From positions 513,490 to 577,489 of the forward strand of contig CP174360.1 in assembly GCA_045401155.1 (NCBI GenBank): a DNA stretch of 64,000 nucleotides. Reading direction: 5' to 3'. Each line of letters opens with the position of its first letter. Positions within the stretch are counted from its first letter, which is position 1. The notes below the pieces were generated by a model. That model was given only the letters and a program-made list of their open reading frames with translations, was not told where the DNA came from and searched no databases. Both the position numbers and the translations under genes were made by a program. Shown one piece after another: positions 10,361 through 19,358 of this stretch. Origin of the DNA: Candidatus Minusculum obligatum (GTDB lineage: Bacteria > Patescibacteriota > Minisyncoccia > Phycocordibacterales > Phycocordibacteraceae).

Positions 10361-10626
10361 TACTGCAGATCTATCGGGGCATCGAGCCCAAATAGATTAA
10401 GAGTGATTCGCAACAATCCGAACACACCAATCATTATGGCAAGTCCGACAATTCCCCAAATCATATGACCCCTTCCTTTTGCACGCGTATCTTCACTTTG
10501 TCCAAAGGTGCCAATAAACTCAAGCACACCGTAAATAAAGATAACTGACGCAACACCAACAAGAAGTAAGATTAGAGGATTTACTATCTCTCGAACAATA
10601 CCATCAAGTAATCCGTCTAGATTCAT
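10360..10626 (-). CDS. VirB2/TrbC-like (T4SS-type) pilin
   Basis: Two hydrophobic helices joined by 'EDTRAKGRGHMIWGIVGL'. Confidence 0.75.
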   Translation of the reverse strand: MNLDGLLDGIVREIVNPLILLLVGVASVIFIYGVLEFIGTFGQSEDTRAKGRGHMIWGIVGLAIMIGVFGLLRITLNLFGLDAPIDLQ

Positions 10627-10630
10627 TTAA

Positions 10631-11020
10631 CTAGCGAATGTCCACTTCTGGAGGAGTAATAGTCTCTCCTTCAAGACCAAATGTTCCTACAAGAATGTTT
10701 ACAAGTCCCCATACTGATACCATCACGAAGAATGCAATGATTCCCCAAAGCATCAGCTGCTGACCTTCTTTTCGCTTGTCTTCTGAAGTTCCTCCAAGAA
10801 TAAAGCTTGTGAAAAGTCCCCAAACAAACACAATAAGTGCAAGCGCAAATACAAGCGGCACTAGTGTTCCATTAATAAAATTAATAACCGCATCTGCAAG
10901 ACCTTCAATGCTTCCAGCATTTTCAAACTGTGCAGCTGCAAGCAGTGGTGTAACCGCTACTGCGTACAGCGCAAGTCCACTTAGTGTTCCTGCTCCTAAA
11001 ATTCGTGTGTTCTTTTTCAT
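10631..11020 (-). CDS. VirB2/TrbC-like pilin with signal peptide
   Basis: Signal peptide, 'EDKRKEGQQLMLWGIIAF'. Confidence 0.75.
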   Translation of the reverse strand: MKKNTRILGAGTLSGLALYAVAVTPLLAAAQFENAGSIEGLADAVINFINGTLVPLVFALALIVFVWGLFTSFILGGTSEDKRKEGQQLMLWGIIAFFVMVSVWGLVNILVGTFGLEGETITPPEVDIR

Positions 11021-11083
11021 ACCCATACATAATACCGACCATATAGGTCGGCATCTAGATAAGTGAGTATTTAATGTGGATAT

Positions 11084-11329
11084 CTAAATACCAAATGATT
11101 TAAGTATAATGCGCACCAATCCCCACATAGAAACCACAACCGCAAACCCTATAATCCCCCACAACATGAACTGCGCACCCTCACTCCTAGACTTCGCATC
11201 ATCATATTTAACAAAGAAGTAGTTAAATATTCCCCACAAAAATAGCAAAAGCATTATTGCCAGCAACATAGGAATGATGCTGTTATTAAATATTTTTATG
11301 AGATATGTAACGAATTCTCGAAATGTCAT
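11084..11329 (-). CDS. VirB2/TrbC-like pilin
   Basis: 'DAKSRSEGAQFMLWGIIGF'. Confidence 0.75.
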   Translation of the reverse strand: MTFREFVTYLIKIFNNSIIPMLLAIMLLLFLWGIFNYFFVKYDDAKSRSEGAQFMLWGIIGFAVVVSMWGLVRIILKSFGI

Positions 11330-11751
11330 GATCCGCTTCCTATAGCTTCTACGGTCGCTTTAATAGCCTCTGCAATGATTTGCGCACCAATTAATATTAC
11401 TGCCCCTACAAGTGTCCAAAGTAGTGCTGCGCGAGCAGTCTTAATTGCCTCTGGATTTCCACGTGCATTTACAAACATAAACCCAACCACAACAATCATC
11501 ACAATCACCACCAATGTACCTAGGCGAACAATAAACTCTAAAATGTCAGTTAAAAACTCTTCCAGAGAATCAGCTTTTAGGGGGTTTTGAAGCTGGAACG
11601 TTGTGTTTCCAGGATTACCACCAGGAGTACCTACGCTGCCAGGATTACCTCCCGGGCTTCCTGTGCCACCAGGATTGCCTCCCTGCGCAAGAACCGCAAC
11701 CGGCGTCAAAACAAGAGAGAGTCCAAATAGAAATGAGAATAGTGTTTTCAT
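11326..11751 (-). CDS. VirB2/TrbC-like pilin with Gly/Pro repeats
   Basis: Signal peptide (VLAQ), LQNPL, 'ARGNPEAIKTARAALLWTLVG'. Confidence 0.78.
   Translation of the reverse strand: MKTLFSFLFGLSLVLTPVAVLAQGGNPGGTGSPGGNPGSVGTPGGNPGNTTFQLQNPLKADSLEEFLTDILEFIVRLGTLVVIVMIVVVGFMFVNARGNPEAIKTARAALLWTLVGAVILIGAQIIAEAIKATVEAIGSGS
11609..11682 (-). repeat. 3x 30-nt period repeat encoding GGNPG
   Basis: CCAGGATT(A/G)CC(A/T)CC at 11609, 11639, 11669. Confidence 0.8.
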
Positions 11752-13007
11752 AATTGTCGTAATAGTCGTTGTGCTTTTGTTAATGCTCCTATCGCATCTT
11801 CTCTACCACTTACTACATCATCAACCATAGCAGAGAAGATCTCGCCCACCTGCTCTGGCTGTGGAGAGAGCCATGCTTTTGCAATAAACGCTTCGTTATA
11901 TGCAAGATCTAGTACAGGATCTGCCTGTCGATTTGAAAGCAGTGTGCGCAGTACTGGAGCAATGTTTGATGCACTTGAAAATGCGTATGCATTGTTTTGA
12001 TTAATAAATGCAAATGCTGCAGTCTGAGATCCACTTACACTACGAGCTGCTTTTGGCACCGCAAATACATACACACTTCCGTATACAACCGGCACCCCAC
12101 CTTCAAGCTGTGGGAATGGAGCTGCTGCAAATGAGAGGTTTGGGTTTAATCCAGAAAGCACCTTTCCTTCGCTTGCTGGCGCAAAGTATAGCGTTAGATC
12201 TCCAAGCAAAAACGCCTTCTGATCCTCTTCTAAACTTTTATTCCATGAATACGCACTTGTATTTGGATTTGCAAACTCTGTATAGAAGCGAAGCGCACTC
12301 TCTGTGTCCTCACTATCTCCTCCAATAAGCTCTATCTGCCCTCTTGTATCACGAATGGGTGACCCTACTTGGAATAAGAAGCTTGCGAGCACCTTTTCTG
12401 CATGACGGATATTGCTATACGCACCAAGCGCTACAAAACTTTTATTGATTGAAAAACTTCCTGTTGTCTCAACAAAACGCGGCACAAGACCAACAAACTG
12501 CTCCCAAAACGCAGGTGCCTGACTTACGCGAGCACTATTAAGATGTGTCTTGTTATAAAACATCACAAGTGGGTCTACACCAACTGGAATACCAAGGTAC
12601 CCGTTTTGTGTAATCACCACATCTGCAACATCAACAAACGTGTCATCAAAGGTACGTGCTGGATATGTTTCAAAACTAATCGGCGCAAGTGTTTCTGAAA
12701 TTGATCCCAAAAGCTCATGCGGTACTAAAACCATGTCTGGCCCACGATCTGCAGCGAGCGCCTGGATATATGAATCATAAAAATCACTTTGATCTACCTC
12801 TACATAACTCACCCGATCAAAATCATCACGTCGATCTCGTACATTTCCAAGTGCTGCGCGCACCTCCTCCTTTGGAAGCGTTCCCCAAATAACAACTTCT
12901 CCAATAGTATTTTTATTATTTGAAGGATTTGCACCCGCAAAGACTAAAAGTCCGACGATAGCAAAAATCGCAAACCCCGCTGTTAAAATTAATTGAAATG
13001 GCTTCAT
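11748..13007 (-). CDS. Extracellular solute-binding protein (sugar ABC family 1-like)
   Basis: N-terminal anchor, VVIWG, GPDMV, LVMFYNK, AFLLG. Confidence 0.8.
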   Translation of the reverse strand: MKPFQLILTAGFAIFAIVGLLVFAGANPSNNKNTIGEVVIWGTLPKEEVRAALGNVRDRRDDFDRVSYVEVDQSDFYDSYIQALAADRGPDMVLVPHELLGSISETLAPISFETYPARTFDDTFVDVADVVITQNGYLGIPVGVDPLVMFYNKTHLNSARVSQAPAFWEQFVGLVPRFVETTGSFSINKSFVALGAYSNIRHAEKVLASFLFQVGSPIRDTRGQIELIGGDSEDTESALRFYTEFANPNTSAYSWNKSLEEDQKAFLLGDLTLYFAPASEGKVLSGLNPNLSFAAAPFPQLEGGVPVVYGSVYVFAVPKAARSVSGSQTAAFAFINQNNAYAFSSASNIAPVLRTLLSNRQADPVLDLAYNEAFIAKAWLSPQPEQVGEIFSAMVDDVVSGREDAIGALTKAQRLLRQL

Positions 13008-13537
13008 GCTGGTTTCTTAAATACTAACGCATAATGGTGCGGTCCCGCACGAAATGCTTTCTCCTTGTGAAATCCCATATCGAGGAACAGGCGCTCTGCC
13101 TTATACTCCTCAATTACATTTTCCTGACGAGGACCAATGTTCCCATAGCTCCCTGCCCAATCAACTACGAGCACCTTTCCTCCTGGTTTTAAGATACGCC
13201 TGATCTCTGTAAGCGCGGCATTTGTATCCTCAATCTGAAACAGTACATTTCCTAAAATAACTGCATCGGCAGTCTCTGCTTTTAGTTTTGTGCCAAACTG
13301 CACCTCAATATCTCCCCATACGGTAGTGATATTAGAGAACCCATGCTCTACCGCCTCACGCTTAAGCGCCTTAAGTACATCCTCTTGTACATCAAGTGCA
13401 TACACGCGACCATCCGCACCAACAACAGGTGCTGCTGCAAGCGCGTAGTGCCCTACACCACTTCCAACATCAACAACGCGCATACCCTCACGCAGCCCCA
13501 TTTGTAGGATATTTGATTGCGGATTAGAAAATTCCAT
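13004..13537 (-). CDS. Class I SAM-dependent methyltransferase
   Basis: VVDVGSGVG, RILKPGG. Confidence 0.85.
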   Translation of the reverse strand: MEFSNPQSNILQMGLREGMRVVDVGSGVGHYALAAAPVVGADGRVYALDVQEDVLKALKREAVEHGFSNITTVWGDIEVQFGTKLKAETADAVILGNVLFQIEDTNAALTEIRRILKPGGKVLVVDWAGSYGNIGPRQENVIEEYKAERLFLDMGFHKEKAFRAGPHHYALVFKKPA

Positions 13538-13577
13538 TACCCTCAAGTATAGCAGGGCTTAATATAAAAAAGAGAGA

Positions 13578-16052
13578 TTACTCAACAGTTAGAAGAACAA
13601 TTGAAGCAACCGCGTCTCCTGCTCGAAGCTTCATGATGCGCACTCCTTGTGTGCTTCGTCCTTGTGATGGGATTTCTGATACTCCCGTACGGATCACCTG
13701 CCCCTTCTTAGAGATAGCAACAAGCTCATACTGCTTAAGATCACCAATTAACATGCGTCCTCCCACGATCTTCCCTGTCTTGTCGGTAACTCCTGCAGTC
13801 TTAATTCCAGAACCTGCGCGCTTTTGCTGCTTATATTCCTTAAGCGGCGTGTGCTTTCCATACCCTGTCTCACTCACCACAAGAAGCTCTGCTTCTTTCT
13901 CCTTCCCTGCAGGAAGAATATGTCCTGAGACAACACGATCATCTTTAGAAAGCTTGATACCACGAACTCCAGCTGCAGTCCGCCCCATCTCGCGCGCATC
14001 TGCTTCTGGGAAGCGAATTGCCTGACCATTTTCTGTCACAATCACTACATCATCTCCCTCCGCAATAAAGTGCGCTACCACAAGCTTGTCTCCATCCTTT
14101 AGATTGATGGCGATAATTCCACTTCGACGCACATCTGAGAAGCTTTTTGCAGATACCTTCTTAATAGTTCCATCTCGTGTAATAAACAGGAGACTCATTG
14201 CTTCAAGCTCAGCACCCTTAGGTACCGCAAGTGCTCCAGTTACATGCTCATCTCCCGCAAGTGCTAGGAAGTTTGCAATACTCTTTCCTTTTGTGGCGCG
14301 ACGTCCCTCTGGAATGTCATACATTTTCACCTGATATGCTTTACCAGCATCTGTAAAGAAGAGTAGGTTTGCATGTGTTGAGGCTGTAATAAAGGTGTGC
14401 ACCACATCCTCCTCCTTTGTAGAAAGGTCAATCACACCAACACCACCGCGCTTTTGCTTCTTGTACTCATTTGGATTGGTTCGCTTTACATACCCACCCT
14501 TGGTAAGCACCAACACGCTCTCCTCCTCTGGCACAAGATCTTCTACTGAAATATTCTTAACTCCTCCCTTTACGATCTTGGTACGACGATCATCTCCATG
14601 CTTTTCAGATAGATCTGCAAGCTCTTTCTTAATAACCGTCAGCATCTTCTTTTCACTTGCAAGAATAGCCTTAAGCTCTGCAATAAGCTTTTGTACCTCA
14701 AGAAGCTCATCCTCAATCTTTTTACGCTCAAGTCCTGCAAGCTTCTGTAGACGCATCTCAAGAATCGCAGTCGCCTGGCGATCTGAGAACTTAAACTTCT
14801 TCATTAAATTGGCATGCGCCTCTGGCACATCCTTTGCTGCACGAATAATCTTGATGATCTCATCGATGTGATCAAGCGCCTTCTTAAGTCCAAGCAAGAT
14901 GTGTTCTCGCTCCTCTGCCTTATTTAAATCAAATTGTGTTCGGCGCTTTACAACCTCCTTTCGGTGTCCCAAAAATGCCTCAAGCATCTCCTTAAGAGAA
15001 AGTGTCTGTGGCACACCATCTACCAAAGCAACCATGTTGTAGTGGAACGTATCTTCAAGCTGCGTGTACTTATAGATATTATTTAGAACAGTTTGAGGGT
15101 GCGCTGTTCCCTTCAGCTCAATGATCACACGAATATCATCAGTAGACTCATCTCGAATATCTCTAATACCTTCAATCTTCTTATCTCGCGCAAGATCAGC
15201 GATCTTCATAATAAGATCAGCTTTATTTACACGAAATGGAATTGAAGAAATGACAATATGGAATCCCTTCTTCTCCTCTACGATCTCAGCCTCTCCTCGC
15301 ACCACAACTCCACCGCGTCCATTTGAGTACGCGTGTACGATGTCTTTTTGATTAAAAGCAATACCTCCAAGTGGGAAATCAGGACCTTTAACAAACTGCA
15401 GAAGATCTTCGGTTGTTGCCTTTGGATTATCTGCAAGATACACAATGGCATCGATAAGCTCTCGCAAGTTGTGTGGAGGGATATTTGTTGCCATTCCAAC
15501 GGCAATACCAAGGGTTCCATTTAGAAGAAGGTTCGGTGCGACAGTAGGAAGCACCACAGGCTCTTTGCGAGTCGCATCATAGTTTGGTCGCCACGCAACA
15601 GTATCCTTATCAATATCACGAAGCATTTCCTCAGCGATCTTATCCATCTTTGCTTCGGTATATCGCATAGCAGCTGGAGAGTCTCCATCAACAGATCCGA
15701 AGTTTCCCTGCCCATTTACAAGTGTGTAGCGCGTTGTAAAATCCTGCGCCAATTTTGCCATAGCATCATACACAGCGGTATCACCATGCGGGTGGTACTT
15801 TCCGAGCACATCTCCTACCACCGCAGCACTCTTTCTGAAGCGTGCGCTTGGTGTAAGTCCCATCTCCTTCATTACAAAAAGAATACGGCGATGTACCGGC
15901 TTAAGTCCGTCTCGCACGTCAGGAAGTGCACGCATGGTAATAACGCTCATTGCATAATCAAGGTATGCAGTACGCATCTCCTCTACAATGCTTTGGTCAA
16001 TTACATTTGAAGCAACTACCTTCTCCTCATTTTCTTCCTTTTTCTTTGCCAT
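13578..16052 (-). CDS. gyrA: DNA gyrase subunit A
   Basis: [28 protein letters not shown], GyrA-box QKRGGVG. Confidence 0.97.
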   Translation of the reverse strand: MAKKKEENEEKVVASNVIDQSIVEEMRTAYLDYAMSVITMRALPDVRDGLKPVHRRILFVMKEMGLTPSARFRKSAAVVGDVLGKYHPHGDTAVYDAMAKLAQDFTTRYTLVNGQGNFGSVDGDSPAAMRYTEAKMDKIAEEMLRDIDKDTVAWRPNYDATRKEPVVLPTVAPNLLLNGTLGIAVGMATNIPPHNLRELIDAIVYLADNPKATTEDLLQFVKGPDFPLGGIAFNQKDIVHAYSNGRGGVVVRGEAEIVEEKKGFHIVISSIPFRVNKADLIMKIADLARDKKIEGIRDIRDESTDDIRVIIELKGTAHPQTVLNNIYKYTQLEDTFHYNMVALVDGVPQTLSLKEMLEAFLGHRKEVVKRRTQFDLNKAEEREHILLGLKKALDHIDEIIKIIRAAKDVPEAHANLMKKFKFSDRQATAILEMRLQKLAGLERKKIEDELLEVQKLIAELKAILASEKKMLTVIKKELADLSEKHGDDRRTKIVKGGVKNISVEDLVPEEESVLVLTKGGYVKRTNPNEYKKQKRGGVGVIDLSTKEEDVVHTFITASTHANLLFFTDAGKAYQVKMYDIPEGRRATKGKSIANFLALAGDEHVTGALAVPKGAELEAMSLLFITRDGTIKKVSAKSFSDVRRSGIIAINLKDGDKLVVAHFIAEGDDVVIVTENGQAIRFPEADAREMGRTAAGVRGIKLSKDDRVVSGHILPAGKEKEAELLVVSETGYGKHTPLKEYKQQKRAGSGIKTAGVTDKTGKIVGGRMLIGDLKQYELVAISKKGQVIRTGVSEIPSQGRSTQGVRIMKLRAGDAVASIVLLTVE

Positions 16053-16053
16053 A

Positions 16054-16407
16054 TTAGAATGTCAGTACGGTATCACGCTCCTTCTCCTCAATCGTAGATG
16101 AACGATCTGTCTCTACAATCTCAAGACGAGCCTCTCCTTCATATTGCCCCGGAGCCTCTTGCGAAAGATCTTCAAAAGAAGCTGCGGCACCCGCAAATCC
16201 AGCCTGGAATGTATTAGCAAGATCAGAAATTGGGTGTGTATTACTCTCCTGCTCTCCCACTGGCTTATATGCAAGTGGCTTTGCAACAACCATAGTCACA
16301 CCCCAGATCATAAAAATAGAAAGGCTAATTGCTGCAGCAGAAGTGTACGCATACTTCTTACGTACATGCTCTGGCTTTTGTCTTATTTCGTGGAGTGTTT
16401 TTCTCAT
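16054..16407 (-). CDS. Hypothetical single-TM protein
   Basis: Operonic ORF with one TM. Confidence 0.7.
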   Translation of the reverse strand: MRKTLHEIRQKPEHVRKKYAYTSAAAISLSIFMIWGVTMVVAKPLAYKPVGEQESNTHPISDLANTFQAGFAGAAASFEDLSQEAPGQYEGEARLEIVETDRSSTIEEKERDTVLTF

Positions 16408-17009
16408 ACCTTTAGTACCATAATAGCACCTTTTGCCTCACTTACATCCTTCTTTTTAAGGGTCAGTTTGTCTGTTGGCTTTTCAGCTCCCTCCTTGCAG
16501 AAGGTCTTGAGCGCATCCTTATCCCCCATTCCTTCATAGTGCATTGGAATGATGACATTGGCCTCAAGCTTTGTTGCAAGCTTATGTGCTTTATCTGCAT
16601 CTAGCACACCAGCCCCTCCAATTGGCACAAAAAGAATATCAACTTCATCGAGCGCCTCCCTAGCATCTGCAGGAAGATTCTCATCACTTAGTGCTCCAAG
16701 AAACACAAGTGTCATACCCTCAAGCTCAACCACATACATAGTATTAAGTCCTTCAGGACCTCCATGCTCACTCTTTGTCTGGTATCCACGAATCGCAACA
16801 CCATTCTTCTCATATGCTCCAGGACCTGCGATAACAAAAGAATCATCTTTTGCGCCATTAAAATCAGAATGAATCTTTGAGATAAGGGTAATATCCGCAC
16901 CAAACTTAACTGCAGGAAGCTTTGAATCCTTACTTGGTGGATCAAATACAAGTGTCGTGTCACCAAAACTAACCTTAAAACATTGCCCTCCGTGATGCGT
17001 AATAACCAT
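16404..17009 (-). CDS. MBL-fold (Lactamase_B_3-like) hydrolase, metal motif degenerate
   Basis: ITHHGGQCF, GPGAYE, VDILFVPIGG, IIPMHY. Confidence 0.8.
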   Translation of the reverse strand: MVITHHGGQCFKVSFGDTTLVFDPPSKDSKLPAVKFGADITLISKIHSDFNGAKDDSFVIAGPGAYEKNGVAIRGYQTKSEHGGPEGLNTMYVVELEGMTLVFLGALSDENLPADAREALDEVDILFVPIGGAGVLDADKAHKLATKLEANVIIPMHYEGMGDKDALKTFCKEGAEKPTDKLTLKKKDVSEAKGAIMVLKV

Positions 17010-17103
17010 AGTCAAAACAGTATATCACCTTGTCCAAAATAGACAATATTTCCTTTTGTTAAGCCATATTCTATATATTTTGCAAGACCACATTTTAAAA
17101 CTA

Positions 17104-17131
17104 TTGACAAGTTTTATATTTGTAGTACTAT
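17104..17131 (+). promoter_or_regulatory. sigma70 promoter for large ncRNA candidate
   Basis: TTGACA(17104-17109)-N16-TACTAT(17126-17131). Confidence 0.7.
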
Positions 17132-17137
17132 CCTTTC

Positions 17138-17743
17138 ATCCCTAGAGGAGAGTTATGGGCTGCTCGTAATCACGAGCCTTGAAAGTGCCGACGCGACTGT
17201 CGGTGGAAAATTCTCTCAAACAATGATCCTTCAAATCCCACGAGGTTTGAACATGACCAATCGTCACATCCGGGGTTCGACCGTCAATGGTCCGGCTTAT
17301 GAAAATACGAGCTCGACCCTGGACATCGATTCCGCGCCGACGTGCGGCTGGCGGTCGGCCTGATCGGCCGGCCAGGCCGGGAGGCAGTCACCGTGTGACG
17401 TGACTCCCGCCTGAGACCAGAGCAACCACCGCGATACAAGCTGCGCGCTTGGGGAGGTACTCATGTTTGTATTTCGACTTATGTCCCCGTACGCTACGGC
17501 GTGCGGGTAACATAGCCCTCTAAAATTTCGGGCAATACCCTGGTCCGGGCAGGACCACTTGAGATCGAGAAAGAGGCGTATAAGATTAATATCGCGTGCT
17601 GTGCACCGATCACTTTATCAGAATACACGCCTACCTAGGGAGCGTACTCCCAAGATCTCTATGACTTGCGGCTGTGGAGCTTGCGCGCAAATGCGCTCTC
17701 TACAGCCCGGTCCCAACCGTCTCTCTTGAGACGGTTTTTCTTT
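17138..17743 (+). ncRNA. Putative large (~600 nt) structured non-coding RNA, family unassigned
   Basis: No ORF of 60 aa or more in the track; GC-rich; more than 12 helices with G-U pairs and UNCG/GNRA loops; bounded by promoter and terminator. Confidence 0.7.
17715..17743 (+). terminator. Intrinsic terminator
   Basis: AACCGTCTC-TCTT-GAGACGGTT followed by TTTCTTT. Confidence 0.85.
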
Positions 17744-17869
17744 ACATTTCACACATTTACCGCTATATTCTCCCTACTTCAGTACGGAGTTTTTTATTAC
17801 CTGTATGTCGGCTAACACTGCACTCTTAACGCAGTACCGAATACACAACTCCCGAACAAGAAAATACAT
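17741..17869 (+). promoter_or_regulatory. rpsA promoter and structured 5' leader
   Basis: TTTACA-N17-TATATT; nested interrupted hairpin 17786-17852. Confidence 0.6.
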
Positions 17870-18949
17870 ATGTTTGGAAACAATAAAGAAGTGGAACATC
17901 CACTTCATCATTTGGTTGAAGAGGCTCCAGAACCACCACAAGTTGGTGACACTATTGAGGGAGAGATCGTAGCGATCGATCGCGGACGTGTATACATTGA
18001 CCTGCCACCATTTGGTACAGGAATCATTTACGGACGTGAGTACCTTTCTGCTGCTGACATTCTTCGAAAGAGTAATATTGGAGATTCAATCTCAGCAAAA
18101 GTAGTAGACGCTTCAGGACTTGAGGGATACATCGAGCTATCTCTTAAGGAGGCGCGTCAGGCTGCTATCTGGGGAGAAGCTGAGCAGGCTATTGCAGCTG
18201 AGTCTATCTACACTCTAAACGTAGAGGATGCGAACAAGGGAGGACTTATCCTTCGTTGGCAAGGAATCGATGGATTCCTTCCAGCATCTCAACTTAAGAG
18301 CGAGCACTACCCACGTGTACAAGATGGAGATAAGGATGAGATTCTTGGAGAGCTTAAGAAGCTTATCGGAACACCTCTATCAGTACGTATCATCACTGCT
18401 GATCCTAAGGAAGGAAAACTTATCTTCACTGAGAAGTCTTCTGAAGAGGAGGAGGCAAAGACTGATGCCGTTGATAAGTACACTGTAGGTGATGTTGTAG
18501 AAGGAAAGATCACCGGAGGTGTTGAGTTTGGTCTCTTTGTAGAGATTGAACCAGGGCTTGAGGGACTTGTGCACATTTCAGAGATTGATTGGGCACTTGT
18601 TGAAGATCCTGCAGCACTATACCCAGTTGGAACTGAGGTTAAGGTGAAAGTTATCGATGTGAAGGATGGAAAGGTTTCTCTTTCTATCAAGGCACTTAAG
18701 GAGAATCCTTGGGATGCTGCAGCAAAGAACTACAAGAAGGATCAAGAGGTTACAGGAGTGGTTATTAAGTACAACAAGCATGGTGCACTTATCTCAATTG
18801 AGGAAGGTGTTGCAGGTCTTGTACATGTTTCAGAATTTGAGAGCATGACAGACCTTCGCGAGAAGCTAGAGCTTGGAAAGACATATCCATTCACTATTAC
18901 ACTCTTTGAACCAAAGGAGCAGCGCATGACCCTTGCATTCAAGGGATAA
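17870..18949 (+). CDS. rpsA: 30S ribosomal protein S1 (short, 4 S1 domains)
   Basis: Repeated S1 domains: GFLPASQL, EGLVHISEIDW, AGLVHVSE. Confidence 0.9.
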   Translation: MFGNNKEVEHPLHHLVEEAPEPPQVGDTIEGEIVAIDRGRVYIDLPPFGTGIIYGREYLSAADILRKSNIGDSISAKVVDASGLEGYIELSLKEARQAAIWGEAEQAIAAESIYTLNVEDANKGGLILRWQGIDGFLPASQLKSEHYPRVQDGDKDEILGELKKLIGTPLSVRIITADPKEGKLIFTEKSSEEEEAKTDAVDKYTVGDVVEGKITGGVEFGLFVEIEPGLEGLVHISEIDWALVEDPAALYPVGTEVKVKVIDVKDGKVSLSIKALKENPWDAAAKNYKKDQEVTGVVIKYNKHGALISIEEGVAGLVHVSEFESMTDLREKLELGKTYPFTITLFEPKEQRMTLAFKG

Positions 18950-18951
18950 AC

Positions 18952-18980
18952 AAAAGGGCCCCTCTCGGGGCTTTTTTGTT
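18952..18980 (+). terminator. Intrinsic terminator after rpsA
   Basis: AAAAGGGCCCC-TCTC-GGGGCTTTTTT. Confidence 0.8.
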
Positions 18981-19034
18981 TGACAGCAACTTCTTAGAAG
19001 TGTTTAGTGTTACAGGGGCAATTGGAGGAGCGTG

Positions 19035-19169
19035 ATGATACATCCGGAAAAAAGCCGCATCGTTCAAAGCCAGGGGCGACGGCGTCTGGGAAAGTATGTT
19101 CTCGGCGCCGTAATCGCAATATCCATGATCGGCGGACTCATATACGCCTGGCCTTGGCCGGAAATGTGA
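19035..19169 (+). CDS. Small single-TM protein (44 aa), not in ORF track
   Basis: GGAGGAG SD; MIHPEKSRIVQSQGRRRLGKYVLGAVIAISMIGGLIYAWPWPEM. Confidence 0.6.
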   Translation: MIHPEKSRIVQSQGRRRLGKYVLGAVIAISMIGGLIYAWPWPEM

Positions 19170-19247
19170 GAATTGACCCGCGTGCATAAGTGCACGCGGG
19201 TCTTCACGTTTTTAGGAGTATACTTTTATTGGAAGGAGGTGATCCAC

Positions 19248-19358
19248 ATGCCCCGACTTGCACACGAGCACAGAAGCGGCTTCTGGGTAATCGCCACCAT
19301 TGTGGTGGTAGGCCTTATTATTGCCGGCATCATTGTCGTGAAGAACTCTGGCGCCTAG
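19248..19358 (+). CDS. Small single-TM protein (36 aa)
   Basis: GGAAGGAGGTGATCCA SD; MPRLAHEHRSGFWVIATIVVVGLIIAGIIVVKNSGA. Confidence 0.65.
   Translation: MPRLAHEHRSGFWVIATIVVVGLIIAGIIVVKNSGA

Noticed and set aside
17633-17642. ACCTAGGGAG shared with the 45880-45889 minus-strand unit
   Set aside because: A single 10-mer match between regions of this size is plausible by chance
17138-17743. tmRNA, RNase P or intron identity for the large RNA
   Set aside because: No tRNA-like ends with a tag ORF; rnpB is elsewhere; it interrupts no gene and no group II domain V was seen (not excluded without a covariance-model search)
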